IMG/VR virus record: IMGVR_UViG_3300045043_000023 | Location: 1 to 42,823 of that record | Source: a virus | DNA length: 42,823 bases | Direction: 5' to 3' (one strand) | Shown here: piece after piece, positions 34,408 through 42,024 of the stretch | Layout: every line of letters begins with the position of its first letter | How positions within the stretch are numbered: position 1 is the stretch's first letter | Made by a program: the position numbers and the translations under genes | Notes under the pieces: generated by a model | Databases searched by the model: none | The model's input: the letters and a program-made list of their open reading frames with translations, nothing else | What the model was told of the DNA's origin: nothing

Positions 34408-34596
34408 GTGTCGCTCACCACACTCGGCGAGAAACTCATCGCAGCACTCCCGCCTGCGTTCATCGTGCTTATCTTGCTCAACTGCGGATTCATTACGTTC
34501 GCAGTCTACACCTTCAACGCTAACGTCGAGGCACGCAACGCCATGCTCAGTCGCATTATTGAGTCATGCCTCGTCAATCGGCAGTCCAAACCGTGA
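34408..34596 (+). CDS. Small membrane protein (one TM)
   Basis: 62 aa with a GTG start 4 nt after the previous stop. TM segment LIAALPPAFIVLILLNCGFITFAVYTF. Confidence 0.55.
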   Translation: MSLTTLGEKLIAALPPAFIVLILLNCGFITFAVYTFNANVEARNAMLSRIIESCLVNRQSKP

Positions 34597-34641
34597 CGCG
34601 TCTCAGTGTGTGGGATTGTCGTCTAAAATAGACAGAGTGAG

Positions 34642-34896
34642 ATGGCGCTAGGACGCAAAACTGGAGGCCGACAGCCCGGCTCGACCAACAAAGTCAGCGG
34701 CGACCTCAAGCACATGATCCTCGGTGCCTTGGCTGGTGCCGGTGGCGAAGCCTATCTGCAACGTCAAGCTGACGAAAATCCCGGCGCGTTCCTCACCCTC
34801 ATCGGCAAAGTGCTGCCCATGCAGGTCACTGGCGGCGAAGGTGGGCCAGTACGCATCGAGGTGGTAACAGGCGTGCCGCGACAGGATGACGACTGA
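34642..34896 (+). CDS. Terminase small subunit (putative)
   Basis: 84 aa with a basic N-terminus (GRKTGGRQPGSTNK). The stop overlaps the terminase large subunit start. Confidence 0.45.
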   Translation: MALGRKTGGRQPGSTNKVSGDLKHMILGALAGAGGEAYLQRQADENPGAFLTLIGKVLPMQVTGGEGGPVRIEVVTGVPRQDDD

Positions 34897-36209
34897 TGGC
34901 AAGGCGGCCTGTCGTTATCAGCTACACACCGCGCGATCAGTTCGTGCCATATCACAAACGCAAGCAGCGCTGGGCATGCATCGTCGCTCATCGTCGCGCC
35001 GGCAAAAGCGTGGCATGCGTGATGGACCTCATCGACGCAGCATTGCGCTGCAAGAAACCAAATGCACGCTTCGGTTATATCGCGCCGACATACACGCAGG
35101 CGAAGGACGTGGTCTGGTCGTACTTGAAGGAGTTCACACACGAAATACCCGGCGCTGAACTGCGCGAGTCTGATCTGTCCGTGATATTTCCAACCGGCGC
35201 ACGCGTCAGGCTCTATGGCAGCGACAATCAGGACCGGCTGCGCGGTATCTACTTTGACGGCGTGGTGATGGATGAGTTCGCCGACATGGCGCCAGGTGTG
35301 TGGTCGCATGTCGTGCGGCCAGCGCTCACCGATCGGCAGGGTTGGGCAACATTCATCGGCACACCGAAAGGCCGCAACGGGTTCTGGGATATCTACAGCA
35401 ACGCTTGCGACGATCCCGCATGGTTCACGCTCGCATTGCGTGCATCTCAGACCGGCCTGATCGCGGAGGAGGAGCTTGAGACAGCTCGCCGCGACATGAC
35501 GCCCGAAGCCTACGCCCAAGAGTTCGAGTGCAGCTTTGACGCCGCCATTCTTGGTGCTTACTTCGCCAAGGAGATCGAGGAGGCAGAGCGCACCGGGCGC
35601 ATCGGTCAGGTGCCATACGATCCAGTGCTGCCCGTCCATACCGCCTGGGATCTTGGCATCGGCGACAGCACCGCCGTCTGGTTCTTCCAGGTGTCGCTGT
35701 CCGAGGTGCGGGTGATCGATCACTACGAGGCATCAGGCCACGGTCTGCCGCACTACGCCGCCGTCCTCGCCGCCAAGCCCTACCGCTACGGCACCGACTA
35801 CCTGCCGCACGACGCAGAGGCGCGGCAGCTCGGCACCGGACGCTCGATCTGGGAGACGCTCAACGGCCTGACCGGACGTATCCCGCGCGTGCTGGCAGCG
35901 CAGAACGTGATGGACAGCATCAATGCCGCGCGCATCACACTCGCCAGCGCATGGTTCGATGCGGACAAATGCCACCACGGGCTGGAGGCGCTGCGGGCCT
36001 ACCGCACCGACTATGACGAGCGGCGCAAAGTCTTCAACGACAAACCCAGGCACGACTGGTCGAGCCACAGTGCCGATGCGTTCCGTTACCTGTCGCTAGC
36101 CTGGCGTGAGATGCAGCCGGCCAAGCCACCACCACCGCCAGTGGATACGTGGTCCAGAGCTTGGGAACGCGCATCACAGACGGATGTTGACGCCTGGAGA
36201 GTGGCGTGA
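34896..36209 (+). CDS. terL: Terminase large subunit
   Basis: Walker A AHRRAGKS, Walker B GVVMDEF, IGTPKG, and nuclease-domain motif VHTAWDLGIGDSTAVWFFQ. Confidence 0.9.
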   Translation: MARRPVVISYTPRDQFVPYHKRKQRWACIVAHRRAGKSVACVMDLIDAALRCKKPNARFGYIAPTYTQAKDVVWSYLKEFTHEIPGAELRESDLSVIFPTGARVRLYGSDNQDRLRGIYFDGVVMDEFADMAPGVWSHVVRPALTDRQGWATFIGTPKGRNGFWDIYSNACDDPAWFTLALRASQTGLIAEEELETARRDMTPEAYAQEFECSFDAAILGAYFAKEIEEAERTGRIGQVPYDPVLPVHTAWDLGIGDSTAVWFFQVSLSEVRVIDHYEASGHGLPHYAAVLAAKPYRYGTDYLPHDAEARQLGTGRSIWETLNGLTGRIPRVLAAQNVMDSINAARITLASAWFDADKCHHGLEALRAYRTDYDERRKVFNDKPRHDWSSHSADAFRYLSLAWREMQPAKPPPPPVDTWSRAWERASQTDVDAWRVA

Positions 36210-36478
36210 CCCCGGCCGAGGAATACGCCGCAGCACTCGCAGCATACACCGCAGCCAAGGAACGGCTGATCGAGGCCAAGCGGCACTACGACCACAAGAA
36301 CGCACCCGAGGTCGTGGCGGCGCGTAACGCCAAGGCAGCGGAATACCGGGCGAAAAAGCGCGCGGCGTGGAACGCACCAGAGGCCGTGGCCGAGCGCGAG
36401 CGTTACGCGCAGGAAAACCGCGAGCGGCTGGACCGGTGGCTGGAGGAACGCGAGGCCCGCTATCGGAGGACAGGATGA
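36206..36478 (+). CDS. Arg-rich helical-repeat protein related to the N-terminal extensions of the two HNH-type nucleases (no nuclease domain)
   Basis: AEYRAKKRAAWNAPEAVAERERYAQENRERLDRWLEEREARYR resembles RWRERYPEKVQQWRKENPE (5360 gene) and NRAYRNKWIKKNPEREALHKARW (junction gene). Confidence 0.5.
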   Translation: MTPAEEYAAALAAYTAAKERLIEAKRHYDHKNAPEVVAARNAKAAEYRAKKRAAWNAPEAVAERERYAQENRERLDRWLEEREARYRRTG

Positions 36479-36714
36479 ACGTCCAGCCCATGAGCGGCGC
36501 GCGGTTCGCCCGCTACGTCGGCACCGACCCAGAGCGCTGGGCCTCGCAGTTTCTGCTGGCATACGCGCAGGCTGACGCTGTCCGCACCGACGCGGACCGC
36601 CTGGCGTTCGTGACGGGCTGGTTCGCGGATGCCATGGCGGCTGCTGCTACCCGTGCCGACACAGATGCGCTGACGGCGGCTATCAAGCGGGAGATGGCAG
36701 GGGGCGAGCCGTGA
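36475..36714 (+). CDS. Hypothetical protein
   Basis: ATG at 36475 with GGAGGA upstream, overlapping the upstream stop. 79 aa. Confidence 0.55.
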   Translation: MNVQPMSGARFARYVGTDPERWASQFLLAYAQADAVRTDADRLAFVTGWFADAMAAAATRADTDALTAAIKREMAGGEP

Positions 36715-36959
36715 CCGAGAGCCTGGCCTGGACGTGCCGGTGCGGCGCCTGGTGCTGGAACCACTACGCCCACTGCGCCGCCTGCGGGAGCGAGAAGCCG
36801 GCGCCCCCGCCCCAGGAGCAGCCTAGCGACGTGGCGCGGACAGAGCCGCCGTGGCGGCTGCAGGAGCGGGAGCGCGATACGGCGTGGCTGGATGGGACCG
36901 AGTGGACACCGGAGCAACTGGACGCGCTGAAGCGCCGATCCGCCACCTACGCGCGATAA
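36711..36959 (+). CDS. Zinc-ribbon protein
   Basis: CRCGAWCWNHYAHCAACG. The GTG overlaps the upstream TGA. Last gene of the rightward operon. Confidence 0.55.
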   Translation: MTESLAWTCRCGAWCWNHYAHCAACGSEKPAPPPQEQPSDVARTEPPWRLQERERDTAWLDGTEWTPEQLDALKRRSATYAR

Positions 36960-36968
36960 GTGCGACTG

Positions 36969-36985
36969 CCAAAGGGGACCTTTGG
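36969..36985 (+). terminator. Hairpin just after the last gene of the terminase operon
   Basis: CCAAAGG-gga-CCTTTGG, 10 nt after the stop. No U-tract. Confidence 0.3.
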
Positions 36986-37121
36986 TATCGGGTGATCAAC
37001 CCCTTCTAGGCCGGTGATCAATTCCGTGCCCTGCTGGCCGATTTACAGCCACCCCACCCCGCCAGCATTCGCTATCTAGGGCCGGCAGTCGCGGCAGCAG
37101 GATAGCAGGATCGGCACCTAG

Positions 37122-37145
37122 GCGCGATAAGTGCGGTTATCGCGC
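37122..37145 (+). repeat. Perfect 9-bp inverted repeat GCGCGATAA-gtgcgg-TTATCGCGC, overlapping repeat R1
   Basis: Read directly from the sequence. GCGCGATAAGTGCG also occurs at 36951..36964. Confidence 0.8.
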
Positions 37146-37156
37146 GTAGTGGAATT
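37140..37156 (+). repeat. Direct repeat R1 (TCGCGCGTAGTGGAATT)
   Basis: Exact 17-mer shared with R2 and R3. R1 and R2 share 24 nt (GCGGTTATCGCGCGTAGTGGAATT). Confidence 0.9.
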
Positions 37157-37167
37157 GTGGAGGCCTG

Positions 37168-37359
37168 ATGCCTGACACCGATCTGCCGGCTGGCTTTGCC
37201 TACGCCACGAGCGAGGAACTGTTCGAGGCTCTGGGTAGTCCAGACCCAGGCATGGACGCGCGGGCCGTTGAGGCGGTTGTGCGTCGGGTTAGGATGCAGA
37301 AAGGGCTGTTTGATGTGGAAACCATCCCGAGTGCAGCCGTGAGCGGTTATCGCGCGTAG
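37168..37359 (+). CDS. Hypothetical small acidic protein bracketed by R1 and R2
   Basis: 63-aa ORF with GGAGG 4 nt upstream. Its stop codon TAG lies inside R2. Confidence 0.5.
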   Translation: MPDTDLPAGFAYATSEELFEALGSPDPGMDARAVEAVVRRVRMQKGLFDVETIPSAAVSGYRA

Positions 37360-37366
37360 TGGAATT
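37350..37366 (+). repeat. Direct repeat R2
   Basis: 210 bp from R1. R2 and R3 share 22 nt (TCGCGCGTAGTGGAATTTACCG). Confidence 0.9.
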
Positions 37367-37560
37367 TACCGGCAACTCGGCCTAGAATGCGCCCGCTAGA
37401 CGACTGCCGTCTGAACCGGCCCTAACCGTTTCGGATATCGGCCCCCTCGGACGTGCAGAGGTGAAATGCACGGGTCGCTTTAGGCGCGGCGGAGTAGCGC
37501 TCCTGCAAACAGGAAACGACGGGCGAGTCCTGAAGCACCAAATGCCCGACCAGTGCGTTG

Positions 37561-37577
37561 TCGCGCGTAGTGGAATT
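37561..37577 (+). repeat. Direct repeat R3
   Basis: 211 bp from R2. A degenerate copy, GGTTATCGGCGCGAAATGG, follows at about 37627..37645. Confidence 0.9.
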
Positions 37578-37689
37578 TACCGCAGATCGCACCGTCTGCC
37601 GCACCCTATGGCACAAGCCGAGCCTCGGTTATCGGCGCGAAATGGGCAGCAACGCAGCCAGCATCGCAGGCCAAACCAGTTGCTCCACC

Positions 37690-37983
37690 TCACGGCGCGT
37701 CTCCCTGTGTGTGCGGTTCGCGGGGCGTGGTCCAGTCGTGGCATCGAGCGCAGTAGCCATACTCAACGTCGTTCATGTTGTAGCTGACCGCGTTGCACCG
37801 GGGGCATGTGATCGAGGGCAGCAGCCATCCGCTCCCGTGACAAACCGGACAGTCATTGCCGAACGTGAAGCACGGCGCCGGTTCAGCGTAACCAGTCCCG
37901 CGACATTCGCGGCACCGCATCTTGCGGAATGGGTTCACCCGCTTCGTCTCCCTGTGTGCGGTGTATCTGAATTTATGCCGCAC
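37690..37983 (-). CDS. DnaJ-type CxxCxGxG zinc-finger protein
   Basis: CRECRGTG and CPVCHGSG, plus CPRC..CARC. 97 aa from the GTG at 37983; an alternative ATG lies at 37920. Confidence 0.6.
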   Translation of the reverse strand: MRHKFRYTAHRETKRVNPFRKMRCRECRGTGYAEPAPCFTFGNDCPVCHGSGWLLPSITCPRCNAVSYNMNDVEYGYCARCHDWTTPREPHTQGDAP

Positions 37984-38206
37984 TCGATTGCACCGCCGCT
38001 ATTCCAGATTCGGTCAACCTGACCCCTGGCACCGTGTCGCGGAGCAGATCGATCCAGCAGTCGGTCACGAGCGCCTGTCGCATGAGTTTCCGCAACACGG
38101 CCTCATGCGATGGGTCGCCGCCAGTAATGTAGACGCGCAGAGCGCCACGCGGATCGTCCCGCTGGTGCGACCAAATGCGCTGCATCATAGCCTGTGCCTT
38201 GGTCAT
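37973..38206 (-). CDS. Hypothetical protein
   Basis: 77 aa with strong AGAAGGAGG 7 nt upstream. ATGA overlap with the upstream gene. Confidence 0.65.
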   Translation of the reverse strand: MTKAQAMMQRIWSHQRDDPRGALRVYITGGDPSHEAVLRKLMRQALVTDCWIDLLRDTVPGVRLTESGIAAVQSSAA

Positions 38207-38397
38207 CGGTGGTCCTCCTTCTGTAGCTTGCGTTGCAGCGCCACCAGCTTCCGTGGCGGCGGGGCGTCGGGGCGCAGGGCCAGCACGAACCGCACCGCCT
38301 CGGCCGCCAGTGCAGCGCGCTCGGCCTGCCGCTCACGCCAGCGGTTCTGGCGCTCCAGGGTGGTCATCGGCCGGGTGCCGAGAAGGCGGGCTGGCAT
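38203..38397 (-). CDS. Hypothetical basic helical protein
   Basis: 64 aa. The ATG shares a base with the upstream stop. An alternative start lies at 38367. Confidence 0.5.
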   Translation of the reverse strand: MPARLLGTRPMTTLERQNRWRERQAERAALAAEAVRFVLALRPDAPPPRKLVALQRKLQKEDHR

Positions 38398-38546
38398 CAG
38401 CGCGACGCGAAGCCAATGAGCGCGGCGAGTGCCTTGTCTCTGCCTGTGGCGCTTATGCCGCGCCAGTTCAGACGAAGGTCGAGTGCTAGTTGCCGGTACG
38501 CATACTCGGCGCCGAATGTCATCAGGTTGGACAGGTAGTCGTTCAT
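38397..38546 (-). CDS. Hypothetical small protein (49 aa)
   Basis: MNDYLSNLMTFGAEYAYRQLALDLRLNWRG..., with AAGGAAcacaccgATG as RBS context. This is the 3' part of the spurious 168-aa track ORF. Confidence 0.5.
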   Translation of the reverse strand: MNDYLSNLMTFGAEYAYRQLALDLRLNWRGISATGRDKALAALIGFASR

Positions 38547-38581
38547 CGGTGTGTTCCTTGTGTGTGGGGTTAAGCGGCGGC

Positions 38582-38848
38582 TTATGCCGCCACCGCCATG
38601 CAGGTGAATGAGCCAGCGCCGTGGTTCTTGCCGCCGCAGGAGCACTCGCAGAGGAAGCCGGTGGCGTTCATGCAGCGAGCGTCGCACTTGTGCTGTGAAG
38701 GGTTCCGCTTCCGCTCGATCTTGCGCTCTACCGTCACCCGAAAGCCGGCGGCGTTCATGCCGGTGAAGTGTTTCGCGGTATTGTAGGTGCCATCGTGCCA
38801 GACGTTGGTGAGCTGCTCGGTGCCGGTGAAGTAGCGGAAGGTGGCCAT
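38582..38848 (-). CDS. Cys-rich small protein (88 aa)
   Basis: Start at MATFRYF, with GAGGAcacaccgATG context matching the next gene. The C-terminus carries HKCDARCMNATGFLCECSCGGKNHG. Confidence 0.6.
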   Translation of the reverse strand: MATFRYFTGTEQLTNVWHDGTYNTAKHFTGMNAAGFRVTVERKIERKRNPSQHKCDARCMNATGFLCECSCGGKNHGAGSFTCMAVAA

Positions 38849-39105
38849 CGGTGTGTCCTCGGTTTCGATGACCCCTTGTAGCGTTACGCGACGCATCGTG
38901 CAAGCGTTATTTAACGGATGAGCGGATTATTTGCGCGGTTGCATCGCCCGTTCCGAGAGCCTACCGCCGGTTAATCCAGGGTATCGGAACGGGTAAAATC
39001 CAGCACGCCGCGCGGTTATCTCTGCGGCACAGGCACAACGCCGCATTCGCTGCCAGCTATGCAGGCTGGCGCTGACAATTCCCCACCACCAGAGGACATC
39101 CCGCC

Positions 39106-39792
39106 ATGCGCGCTTTGCTGCTCGCGACCACGCTCGTCGCCCTCCCCGCGTTCGCGCACGCCGCCACCATCATCACCTACGGCCAGACCAGCGGCAGCAA
39201 CACCGTGACCGGCACCGCCAATGCTACGGGCACGCATTTCAGCGGCACCGACATCGCGGTGACCATCACTCAGATCGACGATGCCGGCACCGCCGTGCCG
39301 ACCACGGCATACCTGGATCTTGCGGCCGACAGCACCTCGGGCGCCACCGCACCGCCTGGCCTCGCCATCATCCAGCATTTCCGTGGTGCGTTCTCGATCA
39401 ATGCCGCAGCCGATAACAGCGGCACGAACTACCTGTCCGGCGCGTTCTTCGATGGCACGTTCGGGCTGCGCGGCGGCTCCGGCCTCGTGCTCACGTCGGA
39501 CGGTGTGTTCACCAGCGATGTCATCGACAACCTGGCGCCGCCGCGCAACTTCAGCATGACGTTCACCAATGTCACGCCACCGGTCAGCACCGTGGGCACG
39601 CAGGCGGCCAACAGCGCGGACTGTGCGCCGTTCTTCACCGTCGGCTGCAATGACACCGGCGCTACGTTCGGCAGCTTCACCGGCAGCGTCAGTGGCAACG
39701 CCAGTGCGGCCATCCCAGAGCCGGCCACGCTCGGTATTCTCGGCCTCGGCCTGCTCGGCATCGCCGCCGTGCGCCGCCGTCAGGGCGCGTAG
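39106..39792 (+). CDS. Secreted PEP-CTERM sorting-domain protein
   Basis: Signal peptide MRALLLATTLVALPAFAHA. C-terminus IPEPATLGILGLGLLGIAAVRRRQGA shows the PEP motif, a TM helix and an Arg cluster. Thr/Gly/Ser-rich body. Confidence 0.85.
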   Translation: MRALLLATTLVALPAFAHAATIITYGQTSGSNTVTGTANATGTHFSGTDIAVTITQIDDAGTAVPTTAYLDLAADSTSGATAPPGLAIIQHFRGAFSINAAADNSGTNYLSGAFFDGTFGLRGGSGLVLTSDGVFTSDVIDNLAPPRNFSMTFTNVTPPVSTVGTQAANSADCAPFFTVGCNDTGATFGSFTGSVSGNASAAIPEPATLGILGLGLLGIAAVRRRQGA

Positions 39793-41873
39793 TGAGCGAC
39801 AGGGCCAAACCGCCGCCATCCGATCCGCAGCTCGAACAGCGGGTCGAGGATCTTGAGCAGCGCGCCAATCAGACGGATGCGATGCTGCTTGAGCATGAGC
39901 AGGCTATCAGCGACCTGCACGCCCGCGTCACGGCGCTGGAGAACCACACCGATGCCCACGAAGACGCCATAACCGCGCTGGACGTTCGTGTGACGGCACT
40001 GGAGGACGCGGCCACCATCCCAACGCCAGAGCCGCCTGACGGCACCTGGGGAGGCGTAGCCCCACCGGTTATCGATAACACCCTGCCGACACCCGAGCCG
40101 CCTGAGCCGGCCCCAACCGATGGGATGGCCGTCGTCATCATCACCAGCCTCGGCGAGACAGCCTACGTGCAGTCCGACGCTGAGGACATGGGCGACTATG
40201 ACGACCCCGCTGGCGCGTTCCTGCAGCACTGCTGGCGTGCCCCGCGACAGGACGACGTTCTGCCTGGTCTCACGGTATGGTTCCGGACAGATGCGGACGG
40301 CGGCCATGATGAGGTGATTGTCGAACTTGGCGTGCCTCTGGTGGACACGTTGGTGCCGGCGAACATGGGCGCATACACAGCGGAAATCTGGGACACCAAC
40401 GAACTTCTGGCCACGATCGAGGTGCCGTCGCACCCTTGGTATGCGCGCTGGCGCTGGCAGTCCGCCCCGCGTCCGGTGCGCGTCACGCCGGCTGAGCTGA
40501 TCGCCAGCGGCCTCGTGCCGCATTACGACGGCGACCCGTTGGCCGACTACCTGACCGACCTGGCGCCGCAGGAATACACCGTGATGGGCTTCGCGGGCCT
40601 CGTGGATCAGATGGGCTGGACCGGCGACAGGCCCGACATTGGCCCCATGACCGGCTGGCAGGCGCAATGGCTGATCAAGGGCAACAACGCCAGCACCGTC
40701 ATCGCCCAGGGCGAGGCGTCTGGCACGATGTCGATGCACCTCCGCGATCCCGTCACCGGCTCACCGCTCGATCTCGTGGCATACGACAAGCTCAGCAATT
40801 ACCCCGGCGGCGGTGATCCGATCGTCCCGCTGGTTCCCGGCATCGTCTCCTATGACAGCGGCCACTCGCCGTCGCTCTCATACCTGCCGTGGCTGATGAC
40901 GGGTGACCCGTACTACCTCGAAGCGCTGCAGTTCCAGGCCAACCTGGAGATCATGGGTGAGCCATCCGCCTACCGCTACACCAAGGCGGGCCGCTACGGC
41001 GCATGGGCGCTGCGCAACAAGCTGTATGCCGCGTCTGCATCGCCGGTCGAGCCACCGCAATGGATCTTGCCCAGGGGCGTCTTCCACGACCACATGGAGG
41101 CGGTGCGCCAGTCCATGCTGGAGGATATGGCGAACGAGGATGACCCGATCCTGTCGGTGTTCCGCTGCCGCTCGTTCGGCGGATCACAGGGCAACGCCTG
41201 CCATCCCGCCGGCACCTACGCATCGCTCTGGCAGTGCGCGATGGAGAGCTTGATTTACGGACTGTGCGTGCAATTCGGATTCGATGAATGGCGCGAGCCG
41301 ACACGCTGGAAAGTGCATTCCGAGGTTAAACGGATCGAAGGCGTCGAATGGCCGCGCGCCACGCCAGTGCCCTATCAATGCGGCCTAGTCTATACGTGCT
41401 CGCTGATAGCGCCGATGTCGGCGACAGACACCACAATCATGGTGGATAGCTACGGCGGCGGGCCGTGGCCAGTGGCTCCGTTCAGTGCCCGCATCGACAA
41501 TGAGACGTTTACGGTGGTGGACAATTCCGACGCAGAGGCGTGGCAGGTCGAGCGCACCGCAGGCGTGGAACACCCCGCCGGGCGCGTGCTGACCGGGCCG
41601 ACGTATTTGTCGTGGACCGAGTGTGCCATGCGGATGACCGCGATGCACCCGGACGAGATACCGTTCGAGGCCGACGATCCCACGGGCATGAACGAGCTTT
41701 ACAACAGCTCCACCGGCAGCGTCGGCTATGCGCAGTATGCCCGTGCGGCGCTCGCGGTGGCGGTGCGCAACGGTGTGACCGAGGCGGTCCCGGCGTTTAG
41801 CTGGATCGATGACCAGTTCCGCCAGCACAACCGCTCGTCGTGGCACCCGGCGTGGGGCTGGTGCATCACCTAG
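39792..41873 (+). CDS. Coiled-coil fibre/needle-like protein with a large C-terminal domain (possible polysaccharide lyase or hydrolase)
   Basis: The GTG shares a base with the upstream TAG. N-terminus LEQRVEDLEQR...AITALDVRVTALE resembles P22 gp26 / fibre heptads (AITALNVRVTTAE). SYLPWLMTGDPYYLEALQFQ resembles the LTGD..Y motif of alpha/alpha-toroid lyases. Confidence 0.45.
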   Translation: MSDRAKPPPSDPQLEQRVEDLEQRANQTDAMLLEHEQAISDLHARVTALENHTDAHEDAITALDVRVTALEDAATIPTPEPPDGTWGGVAPPVIDNTLPTPEPPEPAPTDGMAVVIITSLGETAYVQSDAEDMGDYDDPAGAFLQHCWRAPRQDDVLPGLTVWFRTDADGGHDEVIVELGVPLVDTLVPANMGAYTAEIWDTNELLATIEVPSHPWYARWRWQSAPRPVRVTPAELIASGLVPHYDGDPLADYLTDLAPQEYTVMGFAGLVDQMGWTGDRPDIGPMTGWQAQWLIKGNNASTVIAQGEASGTMSMHLRDPVTGSPLDLVAYDKLSNYPGGGDPIVPLVPGIVSYDSGHSPSLSYLPWLMTGDPYYLEALQFQANLEIMGEPSAYRYTKAGRYGAWALRNKLYAASASPVEPPQWILPRGVFHDHMEAVRQSMLEDMANEDDPILSVFRCRSFGGSQGNACHPAGTYASLWQCAMESLIYGLCVQFGFDEWREPTRWKVHSEVKRIEGVEWPRATPVPYQCGLVYTCSLIAPMSATDTTIMVDSYGGGPWPVAPFSARIDNETFTVVDNSDAEAWQVERTAGVEHPAGRVLTGPTYLSWTECAMRMTAMHPDEIPFEADDPTGMNELYNSSTGSVGYAQYARAALAVAVRNGVTEAVPAFSWIDDQFRQHNRSSWHPAWGWCIT

Positions 41874-42024
41874 ACGCTAGGAGGGCGTGGGCGGCGGCGA
41901 GCGCATCACGCAGGCGCTCGATCTCCTTCACCATTGCTATCGTGAGTGATGGCCCAGGCTGTCCAGCCTTGATCCAATCGTCACGGAACGCCCTCAGGAA
42001 CGCCTCTAGTTCAGATTCGCTCAC
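41866..42024 (-). CDS. Hypothetical small protein (52 aa, GTG start)
   Basis: Hand-translated VSESELEAFLRAFRDDWIKAGQPGPSLTIAMVKEIERLRDALAAAHALLASR. It looks more protein-like than the plus-strand track ORF 41840..42028. Confidence 0.3.
   Translation of the reverse strand: MSESELEAFLRAFRDDWIKAGQPGPSLTIAMVKEIERLRDALAAAHALLASR

Noticed and set aside
37140-37156. R repeat as an E. coli-type ops element (GGCGGTAGCGTG) for the RfaH-like protein
   Set aside because: Only the TAG core and a few flanking bases match, roughly 6 of 12. Paralog-specific recruitment remains possible but the sequence does not support it.
37367-37560. tRNA or other structured RNA gene between R2 and R3
   Set aside because: I could find no cloverleaf, T-loop (GTTCGAATC-like) or anticodon-arm pattern. 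Only short generic hairpins are present, and this cannot be confirmed without a covariance-model scan.
37140-37577. CRISPR array interpretation of the R1-R3 repeats
   Set aside because: There are only three copies. The repeats are 17 to 24 nt with spacers of about 190 nt, far outside CRISPR geometry, and there are no cas genes.
38397-38903. 168-aa minus-strand track ORF
   Set aside because: Its upstream two-thirds overlaps, out of frame, the more protein-like 88-aa Cys-rich gene (38582..38848). Only its last 49 codons, from the ATG at 38546 with AAGGAA upstream, look genuine.
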